Shown in pieces: positions 11,546 to 23,925 of a stretch of 64,000 nt of DNA. The notes below the pieces were generated by a model, which worked only from the letters and a program-made list of their open reading frames with translations, was not told the DNA's origin and did no database searches. This DNA is from Octopus sinensis (Eukaryota): NCBI RefSeq assembly GCF_006345805.1, contig NC_042997.1, positions 40,734,001 through 40,798,000 of the forward strand, written 5' to 3'. Each line of letters starts with the position of its first letter. The first letter of the stretch is position 1. Both the position numbers and the translations under genes were made by a program.

Positions 11546-12063
11546 TAAAAGTACACAGCATGTTAAATTAATATTATATAGCATATTAATATAGTGCTTA
11601 ATTAAGATTAATGTATCAAATGAAGCTGAGTTGGTAGAAACAGCAGGGTGCACTTATAGGTGTCTTACAATATTTAATTTCATCATTTTATCTTAAAATA
11701 TGGATGTTATATGCTAACAGTAGCATTTATACACTGACGTTAATTTAATCAACTGTACTGTCACCCTGTACTGTCAAAAATCTCTTTTTAAGGTTACTGT
11801 AACCGCTTCAAAAAGAAAAAGAAACCCAAAAAACCTCCCTAACGTAAAATATTTTCTGGTTGAATTCGATGCGGTTATGGTTATTGATTTAATGAGAACT
11901 AAGTCGTAATATGAAGTATAGTTGCTATATATTTTTTTTCTATTCATGAGCGCTATACTAATACATTTATTTGTTTGTACTCCACCTGCCTTCGTCTTTT
12001 GTTTATTTTCGTAAACTTTCCCTTTATATAAATATATAGTATATATATATATATATATATGTA

Positions 12064-12100
<37 letters not shown>

Positions 12101-13484
12101 CACCTCCCTCGATCAAAGTTCACCTAACATCTGCACATGTACGTGCAGACCTAGAAAAGGGCTTTCGATGAAGACTACCAGTTGTCTATATATTCAAATC
12201 CATTTCCATGCCACTGATATTTATCCAAGAGGCAGGTCGCCGACTTGGGCCGATAAAGCTAAGTGTCATTGTGAGTTTTACTATCAGAAGGGAAATAGCC
12301 GAAACAGAAACCGCATGGCATCTCATTCGATCCTGTAACAGTTCCAACAATGCATCTCTTGGCTCGGTACTTATTTTATCAATTAAGAAAGAATGAAAGC
12401 AAAGTTGGCCTCGGCGAGATTTGAACTCATACTGCAGAAAGTTAGAAAAGATACCGTGAGACATTCTGTCCAAAACACTAACACAGAGTTTCACAAATCA
12501 AATAGTAATTACTGCGCTATGCCGCCATGAAGTTCTCCATAGCTCAATAGGTGATCTTTCTGTTTGTCATTTGCACATGTAGGGCTTAACTTGACACGGA
12601 TTATAGTACATTAACCATCACAAGTAACCGTAATCAGAACAAAGCTTGTATCCAAAAGTAAAGCTGACCAAGACAGTTCCAAATTGAGCCTGAAGCTAAC
12701 AGCTTGAATATCGTATATCTTTTTGCTCATAGGAAGACACCAAACTGTACTTATTTAATGTATTGTCATTACTTTCATTGTATTAGTGGACGTCGTACGG
12801 CCTCATATAATCTATTTTCAGTTAAGTGAATTGAATCAGTAATATATGACCCTTGGTTATGAACTTAGCAATTTACTGTTAACTTAAATACAAAACCTCG
12901 ACTCTTTGATGGTCGGACAAATTATTGATTGGACAAACTTCAGCTTAGTAAGAACTACAGAGAAGTCAATGTTTAACCATATCAATAACATTTGTACATG
13001 TCGTAGAATAAATGTAGATAATAATGCATACCACAGTATATCAACAACAGATATATTGAAACATTCCAACTGTTGTTGTTTCAGTTATGGGAGCGGTTTC
13101 ATTGTCAAGCTATGTTTTTAGTATGAATTAAATCTTTTTTCGTTCTTGTAACACCGAATGTTTACACGCATATAGCAAATTATAAAATATAGCGAAAGCA
13201 ATTTCATTCTCTGTATAACAACCAATGGGATATAATGTCTGATCATTGTATTTTTTAAGACACCTGATCACTGATAAAAAAAAATTATGAGACTGTATAG
13301 CATCCATGTGTCTCTAAAAATAATGCCAAGTGGGAATAAAATGATTGACCTGCAAAACGGAATCGAACACTCCCTTGGGAGTCCTGCTCAATGTTTTAAA
13401 GTGACTCAACCACATTATTTACAAAATTTCTGCCTTTTTTCACTGGTCTTTGGAAGAGAATTCAATCCGTATATATATGCATAG

Positions 13485-13498
13485 ATAAACAGACAGAC

Positions 13499-13561
<63 letters not shown>

Positions 13562-13562
13562 C

Positions 13563-13638
<76 letters not shown>

Positions 13639-13665
13639 TGATAGATAGATAGATAGATAGATAGG
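13485..13665. repeat. (GATA)n/(GACA)n tetranucleotide microsatellite
   Basis: Directly visible. Confidence 0.95.
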
Positions 13666-14089
13666 CACATACATATATACATAAATATAAATATTTTAAG
13701 AAAGACAATGCAAAATGGAGAATTATACATCTTTAACTATTAGCTTACAACATATACGATGCCTACACGTGTTTCTGTTATACCAATGTTTTAAGATTCT
13801 TAGATGAGATTGTTCTGTACAACTAACTGATTCATATTAAATTGATTATCGTACCATGTAGGACAAAGTTATATGAGAGAATAAGTGTTTCAAGGAGTTC
13901 TCCCCAAGTAAAATGTGCGCCCTTACATAGGGTTCAGCGTTGCAGACTTAAACAAAGATAAAATAATCACCTCGCCTCTTTCAAATTTAGAAAAACGCCT
14001 TTGCCTCGAAGTAATATTCCATAATCTCACCTCCAAGTCTAATTTATTAAACTGCGAAAATGAATTATCGATAAAATATATAAACTTTC

Positions 14090-15140
14090 AAATAATTCCC
14101 TAATATGTAGTCTTGGTGAGTGTTGTTTCTCCCTTTGAATGTGGTTTTGACCCTTCATGATATACTCGATCCCCTTTTTCCATACGTTTTTTTCTATTAG
14201 CAGTAATTTTTCTAATCTTTGATGTAGAAATCATTTTATTAATACCAATAATTCATTTGTATAAAAGGCATGTATAACCCTTATCTAGTATTATCCATAG
14301 TTTTTAAAGTTTTTACTAGACTGTACTAATTTCTCTATTCTATGATAGAAGTGGTATTATAATTGTTTTCCTCGTTTTATTATATCCTTTTTTCTACTTA
14401 TCTGCTTAATAAATTTTCTAGGTTTTTAGTGTTTACTTAATTCAATGATTAATTTTATCATTACGGCTAAAACTAGTTACCTCTTAACAATAATATTTGC
14501 TTTTCTTTTTCAAACCCCCTTAATGACTTATATCTAACTTATAAACGTCTAATATCTTTCGCTACTGTTTATATTATATTTAGCATTAGTAATCAGTTAG
14601 ATTAATCCTTCAGACCTAAATAATTTGTTCTTACTATATAGCTGGAATTATATCTATTTGTTTTTTCAGTATCCACTAAGGTCAGTTTGAGTTTGAAGAC
14701 AACTAGAATTCTTGACATTTCGTATTTTATTGCAACTTCACATTTCTATTCTTTCCTTCGTTTATCCAAAACTGCACATTGTTTTGGTTCACTTAATTCT
14801 ACTACTATTACATTTAGCTCTCTTCAATTTCCCTTTGGAGACACGTTTTGAAAATATTAAGATCACGTATATCTTTGGATCTACATAGTACTATAATCGA
14901 TTAAATGTGAATCGATTAGTTCTACATAGCCATCGCATCTAAAGATCCTAAAGCATTGGTTGTAAGCTATTATTTAAAGGTGTAATTCTCCATTCTTTAT
15001 TATGTCTTTCTAATATACTGTGGAATTACATGAGAAATTCTTCGAAGTGAAATCGGGATTTACTAATCGAATGAAACTACAACTGTAATAATTTGATCTA
15101 CGTGGTTCCTAATGCTTCCTACTGGTCGACGTAGTTATCA
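14090..15140 (-). mobile_element. Possible very old Penelope-like relic
   Basis: Non-repetitive block with broken minus-strand hints only (YVD, NNxxFxD-like); no intact motif. Confidence 0.2.
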
Positions 15141-15290
15141 AAATTTGGATTGCAACAGTGTGCTTGTCAAGTATCTGCTCTGCTTTTGAAACTCTATCCC
15201 TTTGTGTTATATACAAATATCTACACATACATAGATGCACACATACATACATATATACATGAAAGTGTATATACATACTCATATATATAC

Positions 15291-15512
15291 TCTTTTACTC
15301 TCTTTTACTCTTTTACTTGTTTCAGTCATTTGACTGCGGCTATGCTGGAGCACCACCTTTAGTCGAGCAAATCGACCCCGGGACTTATTCTTTGTAAGCC
15401 CAGTACTTATTCTATCGGTCTTTTTGCCGAACCGCTAATTGACGGGGACGTAAACACACCAGCATCGGTTGTCAAGCGATGGTGGGGGACAAACACAGAC
15501 ACACAAACATAT

Positions 15513-15544
<32 letters not shown>

Positions 15545-15772
15545 TATATAATATATATATATAATATATTATATATATATATATACACATTATATATATA
15601 CATATATACGACAGGCTTCTTTCAGTTTCCGTCTACCAAATCCACTCACAAGGCATTGTTCGGCCCGAGGCTATAGCAGAAGACACTTGCCCAAGATGCC
15701 ACGCAGTGGGACTGAACCCAGAACCGTGTGGTTGGTAAGCAAGCTACTTACCACACAGCCACTCTTGCGCCT
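15291..15772 (-). mobile_element. SINE family B, full length
   Basis: Head ggcgcaagagtggctgtgtggtaag, CORE-like tcttgggcaagtgtcttc, tail (aaaagagt)n. Confidence 0.85.
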
Positions 15773-15806
15773 ATAAATATATTTCGTGTATGTCTATACA
15801 TATATA

Positions 15807-16200
15807 GGCGCAGGTGAGGTTGTGTGATAAGAAGCTTGTTTCCCAACCACATAGTTATGGGTTCAGTACCACTGCGTGGCACCGTGGGACAAGTGTCTTC
15901 TGTTATAGCCTCGGGCTGACCAAAACCTTGTGAGTGGATATAGTAGACGGAAACTGAAAAAGCTCGTCGTGTATGTGTGTGTGTGTGCTTATGTTTTCCC
16001 CCTCCCCATGACTGCTTGACAACCGGTGTTGGTGTGTTTACGTTCCCATAAAGTAGCAGTTCGGTAAGGGAGACCGATGGAATAAGTACTAGGCTTAAAA
16101 AATATAAGTCCGGGGGTCGATTTGTTCAACTAAAAAACCCGTCAAGACGGTGCCCCAGCATAGCCGCAGAAGAATAACTGAAACAAGCAAAAGAATAAAA
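15807..16200 (+). mobile_element. SINE family B, diverged
   Basis: ggcgcaggtgaggttgtgtgataagaagcttg...gaaactgaaa...gcatagccgcag. Confidence 0.8.
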
Positions 16201-16254
16201 ACAATATATTATATATACACATTCACGTATAACTTATTTATTGTGTGTATGTGC

Positions 16255-16285
<31 letters not shown>

Positions 16286-16319
16286 ATATTATAATATATA
16301 TATATATATATTGTGTGTG

Positions 16320-16350
<31 letters not shown>

Positions 16351-16369
16351 ATATATATATATATAACAG

Positions 16370-16880
16370 AAGGTTTGAAAATGCAGTGGACTTTTAGAGA
16401 TGTTCAACTCGGTATTAAACAAGGCTATTCCTGGCCCTTGTCCTCTTCAATGTGTTCCTTGTGGCTGTGACCTTACTATCTCGCTACGACCTCAACCCCG
16501 AAGGGCAGTCTCTTCAACTTGAGGAGACTAAAATCACTAACAAAGACTCAGTCCACCACTCTGTTCGAATTACAGTATACCGATGACTGCGAAGCTCTCG
16601 CCCACGAACAAGCCAGCCTTCAGCAGAACCTAGACGTTGTGTGCAACGGCTATCGTCGGGATGGACTCCAGGTCAACACCAAGAAAACAGATCCTTCAAC
16701 GCTCTAAAAATGCTTCACGCCCTGTGACTCTTTCGATCCAAGGCAACGAGCTAAAGAACATCGAGAAATTCACCTATTTGTGAATTATCTCAAGCAATGG
16801 GGTCATTGACCACGAAATTCAGAATAACATGCCCTGTGTCTCTAAGCAGTCTTGCTTGGAGACACAAGGCATGTTATCAA
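16370..16880 (+). mobile_element. RTE-clade LINE RT fragment
   Basis: GIKQG...LFN and LRRLKSLTKTQSTTLFELQYTDDCEALAH...LQVNTKKT, a QYADD-type RT motif; frameshifted. Confidence 0.8.
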
Positions 16881-17030
16881 AAACCTGTCTAGACCTGTGT
16901 CTCCAAAGCAAAAAACTTAGTAACTCGTATTTTTATATTATATATATATATATAATCATATTTATCCTTCATTGGATGGAGTACTTTTACGTTGACCTTA
17001 CCATAACAAAATAATAAAACACCAAAGAGA

Positions 17031-17062
<32 letters not shown>

Positions 17063-17082
17063 TATATGTGTGTGTGTGTGTA

Positions 17083-17473
17083 AGTGCAGACGTGGCTGTG
17101 TGGTAAGATGTTCGCTTCCCAACCTCATAGTTCTGGGTTCAGTCCCATTGCGTGGCACCTTTGGCAAGTGTCTCTACTATAGCCTCGAGCCAACAAAACC
17201 ATCGTAACTGGATTTGGTAGACGGAAATGGAAAGATGCCCGTCGTGTATATATTTACATGCTTATGTGTGTGTGTCTTTGTGTTTGTGTTGACAACTGGT
17301 GTTGGTGTGTTTACCTCCCCGTAACTTGGTGGTTCAGCAAAAGACACTGATAGAATAAGTGCTAAGCTTTAAAAAATAAGTCCTGGGGTCAATATGTTCG
17401 ACTAAAACCCCTCAAGGCGGTGCTTCAGCATGGCCGCAGTCAAATGAATGAAAGAAATAAAAGAATAAAAGAA
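17083..17473 (+). mobile_element. SINE family B
   Basis: gtggctgtgtggtaagatgttcg...ggcacctttggcaagtgtc...catggccgcagtcaaatg. Confidence 0.8.
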
Positions 17474-17524
17474 TACATGTGTACGTGTGTGTGTGCGTGC
17501 GTGCGTGCATGTGTGTGTGTGTGT

Positions 17525-17577
<53 letters not shown>

Positions 17578-17617
17578 AGTGTGTGTGTAGAGTGTTTAAA
17601 GTGGTGTATAAATATTG

Positions 17618-17780
17618 TATATTGAGAAGAAAGAGGCAGTCAAAATTTTGGATAATTCTTTATTAATGCTTTCGTTCGTTTATCGAACTCGTCAAGACAA
17701 AATCAAAATCAATTTTGCTCTGACGAGTTTGTTAATAAAGAATTATTGAAAATTCTGACTGCCTCCCTTTTCTCAATGTA
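17618..17780. mobile_element. Small TA-flanked palindromic element with hammerhead-like cores on both strands
   Basis: 49-bp outer arms with 7 mismatches. Minus strand: tttgt cTTGACGA gttcg-ataaa-cgaac GAAA gcat TA ataaa. Plus strand keeps CTGACGA gtttg, with the rest deleted. Confidence 0.65.
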
Positions 17781-20713
17781 TATATCCTTTTATTCTTCTT
17801 TAATGGTTTCAGTCGCCGGACTGCGGCCATGCTGGAGCGCCACCTTAGATTTTTTTTATATATAGCTTTTTTCTTTTAGTTTTGTTGTCCCTTTTTGATT
17901 GAAAGTTGATCGATGACCGAGTTTGTATGTATATATGTATATATATAGTATTATATTATATCATTGAGAACACACACACAAATACAAGATTGATAATAAA
18001 TGCGTATATATACATGTACTCAAATGCATGTGTCTAAAGCAATATTTTATTAATCTTTTGGTTGCTTACATGCTTATGAATTTGTTAAAATAAACCAGTG
18101 TTTAGAAGTCTGTCACGATATGCAAATGAGTTTGTAAAATGAATGGACGAGGTCATATCACAGCACATAAGTAATTTGCTTATAGGTTGTTTTCTCTTTA
18201 ATTCTTTGCATATTTTACTGCTATGTTAGAAGTTTCAATCAATAAGAAGCCGGTTTTGCTTTTCATTTGAAACAATTTTTTCTGACTGATGCCAATACGA
18301 CCTTTGAGAAAGACACAAATATCACGCAAGTTGAATCCCCATTCTTCTTCATAAGTAATTCTGTACTATTCTCAACGATGCTGGTCTTTCGTGGAATGGA
18401 TATATATTTTAATATGATACATAATTTGGTTCAGTTACCAACTGTTTTTTATGAAGTATAAAAACTAAACTCTTCTAGAGGAATAGTTCCAATGTTATCA
18501 GCTAAAATTTGTCCGATGAATTACTTTGCTTGATCAAAGTTCATATCCAACATCTTTGTCATTTCACTATCAGGAAACAGATTAACATCCAAACGCTGTT
18601 TAAACCCTTTATCTAACACCCTAAGGAATGTTATTTCCCCGAATTCGTCGAGCACCGCCACCGCATCCATCACTTCACATAATCATGTTTATCAGATATT
18701 TATGTTGCTTGGCCTTAAAAATTCAAAAATCTATTTTTAGGATGACCTCAGTCTATATTTAGGCGGTATGTCTCTGTTTCTTCCTGTGGCATTGCTTTAT
18801 TAAACCAAGGTATGTTTTCTCATACTTGCTGAGATTCCTCGCATTACAACTTTATCATGATTATTTTTAATCTGTCTGATTTCCTGTTACCTGTACGGCG
18901 TCTTTAAGGAATTTAACATTTTTCAGGGATTATATTTCTTTTCTCTTTTCCAAATGAAAGTATGAATAAACTATGAATAAAAAAAGAAAGTAAGGCACAA
19001 TATACTCTTTCATGGACCATTTGGTAGATATAAAATAACGTGCTTGGGGCATACTTAACTAAATAGATGTTCTAGCAACTTCATATGGGTGTGTTCTGGT
19101 TGAACTAGTATCAAGGATGAAGAACATAGATAGAATATTCGGCATCGTAATTAATAAAACGAAAATGAAAAAATATTCGTGAAAGGAAATGCTATTAAAA
19201 TAAATACAAATATAAATTGAGCAATAAGTAAGTAAACGAACTGGAATAAGATGAGGAAGTGTTTATAAATGAGTGAGACAGAGAAAGCGATGTTAGGGAA
19301 ATGGGAGATAAAATAACTGAAAGAAATGGTAAACGAGCTAATGAGTCAATAAAAGAAACAAATTGCTGAGTAACATATACATAACAACCTTAAGAGAAAT
19401 ATACATAATGAAGGGCTAGAAATGTGTGGGGGTGTTTGTATGTGCATCTATGTTTGTGTGTACATGCATATACAGGAATGTATATATAAGTATATATATA
19501 TATATATATATTATAAATTAATAATTCATGTATAGATATATAAATATACTATATATTAGTTTTTTATATATTAAGTATATATATATATACATTATATATA
19601 ATATAGTAGTTTATCTATTCATGTATATATATATATAAATATATATATATTAGTTTATCTAGATTCATGTATATATATTATATATATATATTACATATAT
19701 ATATATATTAGTTTATATATATATTCAAGTATATATATATATACTAATATACCTGCACTTGTATATATACATGTGTGCGTGTGTGTCTGTGTATATACAC
19801 ACATATGTGTATGGATATATATACATGTATATAAATGGGTGCATAAATATATATATAAACGTACATATATGTATAGGAGGAAGAAGTGGGGAGAGAGAGA
19901 GAGTAGGTAGGAAGGAAGGAATGAATGAAGGAAGGAAGGAAGGAAGGAAGGAGTGGTGAAGGAAGCTGTAGATTGATGAATATGTTAGGGAAACTAATGA
20001 TAAGAGAATAAATACAAAATTTGAAAGAGTTACAAGCAGAAATACATTTCAGGCGTTTGTGAAAAACAACAAGCAAGAATAAGGGGAAAAAAACATTCGA
20101 ATAAGAATTATCAACAAATTGAGAGTATGTTATATTGCTTCAGAAATAAATGATTATAAAACTGCAAACTTATCAAATATCAGAGAAGAGACACTTGAAA
20201 GCCATATATACACCACTTCTGCTGGAAATTGATGGTTAACAAACCATTTTCAAAGAAACCGAAGTTTCTAGCACCGCCACCGCCACCATCACCCGACAAA
20301 AAAGTGTTTGACACAAACAATACATCAATACATTTGTTTGTATTTTCGATTTCTGAACATTTAAGACTGTATGAAATTTTGAGGAAAAAAAAAAAAAATG
20401 TTTCAGATTCTGTTTTAGATGTATATTGGTTTATTTTCAATGTCTTTTTTTTTTTGGTGTTGTTGTTGTTGCTTTTTTCATGTATCAATGAACTGTTGAT
20501 ATTTTGATGAATTCTAAAAAAAAAAAAAATAAAAAAAAAAAAAACTGAAAACCATGTAATGTTTGTTTCTGTTATTTATTCATTTATTTATTTATAAATT
20601 GTCTTTTACGTTGTTGAGGTTAATCAATAAATGAGGAGATCAATGAATTAAATAGCGATAGGGAAAAAATAACTAGGAAAGATAAAATTCATTTATTCCT
20701 TATATACTATTTC

Positions 20714-20813
20714 NNNNNNNNNNNNNNNNNNNNNNNNNNNNNNNNNNNNNNNNNNNNNNNNNNNNNNNNNNNNNNNNNNNNNNNNNNNNNNNNNNNNNNN
20801 NNNNNNNNNNNNN
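20714..20813. other. Assembly gap (100 N)
   Basis: Run of N; contiguity across it is not guaranteed. Confidence 0.99.
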
Positions 20814-21180
20814 AAGTTGGATTCTAGGGTAATCCAATAAGGCCTAAGTTTTTAAAGAAGGTGTGAAGGTTTTTCCGGAACCCATCCGGTCCTGGGGTTT
20901 ATATTGTGGAGGGCGAAAGGCGTCATCTCGGTAAAACCACCGAGAGGCTGTGAATAGGGTTTTCAGCTATGAGTGATGAAAAGGCCCACTAGGTCACTTA
21001 TTTCAGCAGAGTCGTTAGCACCCTGCTATATAATAAAATAAATATATATATATATATATATATTATTATTATATATATATATACAGACGGACAGACAAAC
21101 ATTCTCAGTTATGTGTATGTGTGCGCGTGTGTGTATGTGTATATTCATGTATGTATGCATGTACTATCATAAGAAGATTG

Positions 21181-21273
21181 GTAACAATGACTTCGAAGTT
21201 TCGGCCAACTTACCTTCATCGAACTGTCAGTCTGCTTGAGAGTAGTAAGCCGAAATTTTGAAGTCAAAGTCAC
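21181..21273. mobile_element. Small palindromic element with divergent hammerhead-like cores
   Basis: Minus strand: gacagt TCGATGA agg..gcc GAAA cttcgaag TC attgtt. The plus arm is the degenerate mirror (gccGAAAttttgaagTC). Confidence 0.55.
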
Positions 21274-21864
21274 TCTTCTTGTAAAACTATAATCGTATGT
21301 ACTCTACAAAGAGTATTGAGTAATTCTTCAGTTTGATGTTACGTACGTACATACATACATACAGACAGACAGACAGACAGACAGACAACCTGACATACAT
21401 GCATTCATTTCGAAATCCTATTCTTCCAACGTGTTTCACTTACGTATGGGTGTTACCAACTGCTCGGCGAAGTCACATTATCTGTGGGTGGAATCATATC
21501 ATTGCGAACTATTTATCAATCTTATGTCAGAACCTTATCTTCAAACAATGTAATTAAAGGTGGACTAGCACCTGGAGAAAGAAACATTTCACGAATGTTG
21601 CAAAACTTCTGATTAACGAAACTGTTATCAGAAGTTTATCACACCTAAAGGAATTTAATAAAACTGTAATTAGATTAAAGAAACGTGTTTTATTCTGTTC
21701 ACATTTCATTGACTCAACAGTTAGTATTAGTAGAAGTAACAATTATCTGAAATATATGGAACCTTGCTATTGTAAGTAATTGAATGAGATACTGTATGAC
21801 CAGGTAATAAAGCTGTTCTTACTCTTTTACATTTTTACTTGTCTCAATCATTGGCTTGCGGCCA

Positions 21865-22395
21865 CATCATCATCATCATCATCATTGTTCGACCGTGGTC
21901 GAGACAATGGAATTTACCATGCTACGCCAGACTTCACGGTCCATCATGGCATTACGGAGGTCCTGTTGCTGGATGCCTGTATCCCTGGAGATTACATCAG
22001 GGTAGGAGAGTGTGCGCCCTCTGGTATCCAGAGGAGAAGAGTAGAAATTACTTCTTTTTCAGCTCTACAACAATGTCCCACAAACTGGACTCTCTTACCT
22101 TTCACAAGAGATGATACAGTTGGTAGTTTCCCATATATTTGCATTTTGGTTGGATAGCGCCTCCACGAGAGATTTTGAGCCCTCATAAGGAGGCGAGTGT
22201 AGGTTCCATCCAACCGCCTCTCAAGCTTCTTTGATAACGTCCAGGTTTCTGAGCCATATAGTAGAATTGGTTCGACTGTGGCTTTGAAGATTTCAAGTTT
22301 GAAGTCTCTACTTAGATTTGACGACCAGATCTTATGCACGTCATTATAGGCTGACCAGGCCATACCCTTTCTAGTTAGAAAGTCTTTTGTTAGAA
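21865..22395 (-). mobile_element. RTE-group LINE 3' fragment with (GAT)n tail
   Basis: DFLTRKGMAWSAYNDVHKIW...VEPILLYGSETWTLSKKLERRLDGTYTRLL...FVGHCCR; (cat)n at 21865-21885. Confidence 0.8.
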
Positions 22396-22859
22396 GTCTT
22401 GCGGCCAAACTGGAATACTGCCTTGTAGCATTAGGATATTGACATTTTTCGTGTGTGTGTGTGTGTAAACAACAGGTTTCTGCACAGTTTCCGTCTACTA
22501 AGTTCACTCATAAGATACCCAAAGTAATGCGCAGTGAGCCCGAACTGGAAGACAAGTGGTTGCGAAGCGCACTTCTTAACCACACAGCCATACCTGCGCC
22601 TGGTAATAATATCCTTATCTTTTAGCGACAAGGAGACATTTTGCAGTCGTTCAACAGGCTAGAAACAGCAACCAAATTCTTCAAGACAACAACCAACAAT
22701 CTTTAAAAATGAATACTACTATAACCCAAAATATATGTGAGCTGGACATTATAGCGCTACACTTAAATATAAAGAGGAAATACTTTTATAATAAGTCTGC
22801 TCGATTACGGCAGTCCTGGTACTAAACAACAGCAACAACAACAACAACACCTTATCTTC

Positions 22860-23100
22860 TATGTTCTAGAAATTTGATTTGAGATTTGAGATTTGTTTCC
22901 AGATTAGATCTGGAAACACGAAAAATGTCAATATCCTATTTAATCTTCTTTGTTCGCAGCCGGAATACATCTGACAGGAATTCAGCCAGAACATCAAACA
23001 ACGCAATGATGGTGGTGAAGTTTGTAATACTTGGAGATACACTTGTAGATATCCAAGCGAGAGATATAAATTACCTGCTATCAGAAATTTCTTCACTAAA
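22860..23100 (-). mobile_element. Old RLE-type (R4/Dong-like) LINE fragment
   Basis: Degenerate ...RTKKI..DID...LKS, resembling TRKIL...SDIDRLY...GGRGLKS. Confidence 0.35.
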
Positions 23101-23105
23101 ATACG

Positions 23106-23186
<81 letters not shown>

Positions 23187-23289
23187 GAAGAAAAGAAGAA
23201 GAAGAAGAAGAAGAAGAAGAAGAAGAAGAAGAGAAGAAGAGAAGAAGAAGAAGAAGAAGAAGAAAAATAATAATAATAATAATAATTAT

Positions 23290-23480
23290 AATAAAATATG
23301 CCTTTGGCACCACACCCAAACTACTACGTAAAAGATTGAAGGATATTGACACTGAAACTGACATCGTCGACTTGTGGACTAGCAATAATAAGCCATCCAA
23401 TATTCTGCACGGATTCTAAGAAAGTGTTTCAATATGAGGAAAGACTTGCTGTCACTAAACTTTAAGACTACCTCTCTGCT
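23290..23480 (+). mobile_element. R4/Dong-type LINE 3' end between (AAT)n tracts
   Basis: AFGTTPKLLRKRLKDIDTETDIVDLW...SNILH, resembling the LGTIPK...ILRKVL terminus. Confidence 0.6.
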
Positions 23481-23509
23481 AAGTAATATATCATGCAATA
23501 ATAATAATA

Positions 23510-23562
<53 letters not shown>

Positions 23563-23694
23563 AATAATGATAATAATAATAATATAATAATAAATAATAA
23601 TAGCTGTTAATGTTGATATTGTTATTATTAGATATTATTATTTTTATTATTATTATTATTCAGGGACCTTTTGAGCGAGGCGAGTAACAGAAGG

Positions 23695-23925
23695 CGGTGA
23701 GCTAGCAGAAACGGTAGCACACCGGGCGAAAAGCTTAGCCTTATGTCGTCTGCCGTGACGTTCTGAGTTCAAATTCCGCCGAGGTCGACTTTGCCTTTTA
23801 TCCTTTCGGGGTCGATAAATTAACTACTAGTTACGCACTGGGGTCGATGTAATCGACTTAATCCGTTTGTCTGTCCTTGATTGTCCTCTCTGTGTTTAGC
23901 CCCTTGTGGGCAATAAAGAAATAAG
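23695..23925 (+). mobile_element. SINE family A, full-length monomer
   Basis: ggcggtgagctagcagaaacggtagc A-box-like head; gagttcaaattcc B box; tail gcaataaagaaata. Confidence 0.9.

Noticed and set aside
18060-18700. Possible degraded Penelope coding region
   Set aside because: No motif could be read with confidence.
19960-20540. Possible terminal exon with PPPPP ORF and A-rich tail
   Set aside because: No identifiable protein, frequent stops, no partner exons.
20814-21030. Unusual GC-richer sequence right after the gap
   Set aside because: Resembles scrambled SINE A words at a contig end; likely low-quality consensus.
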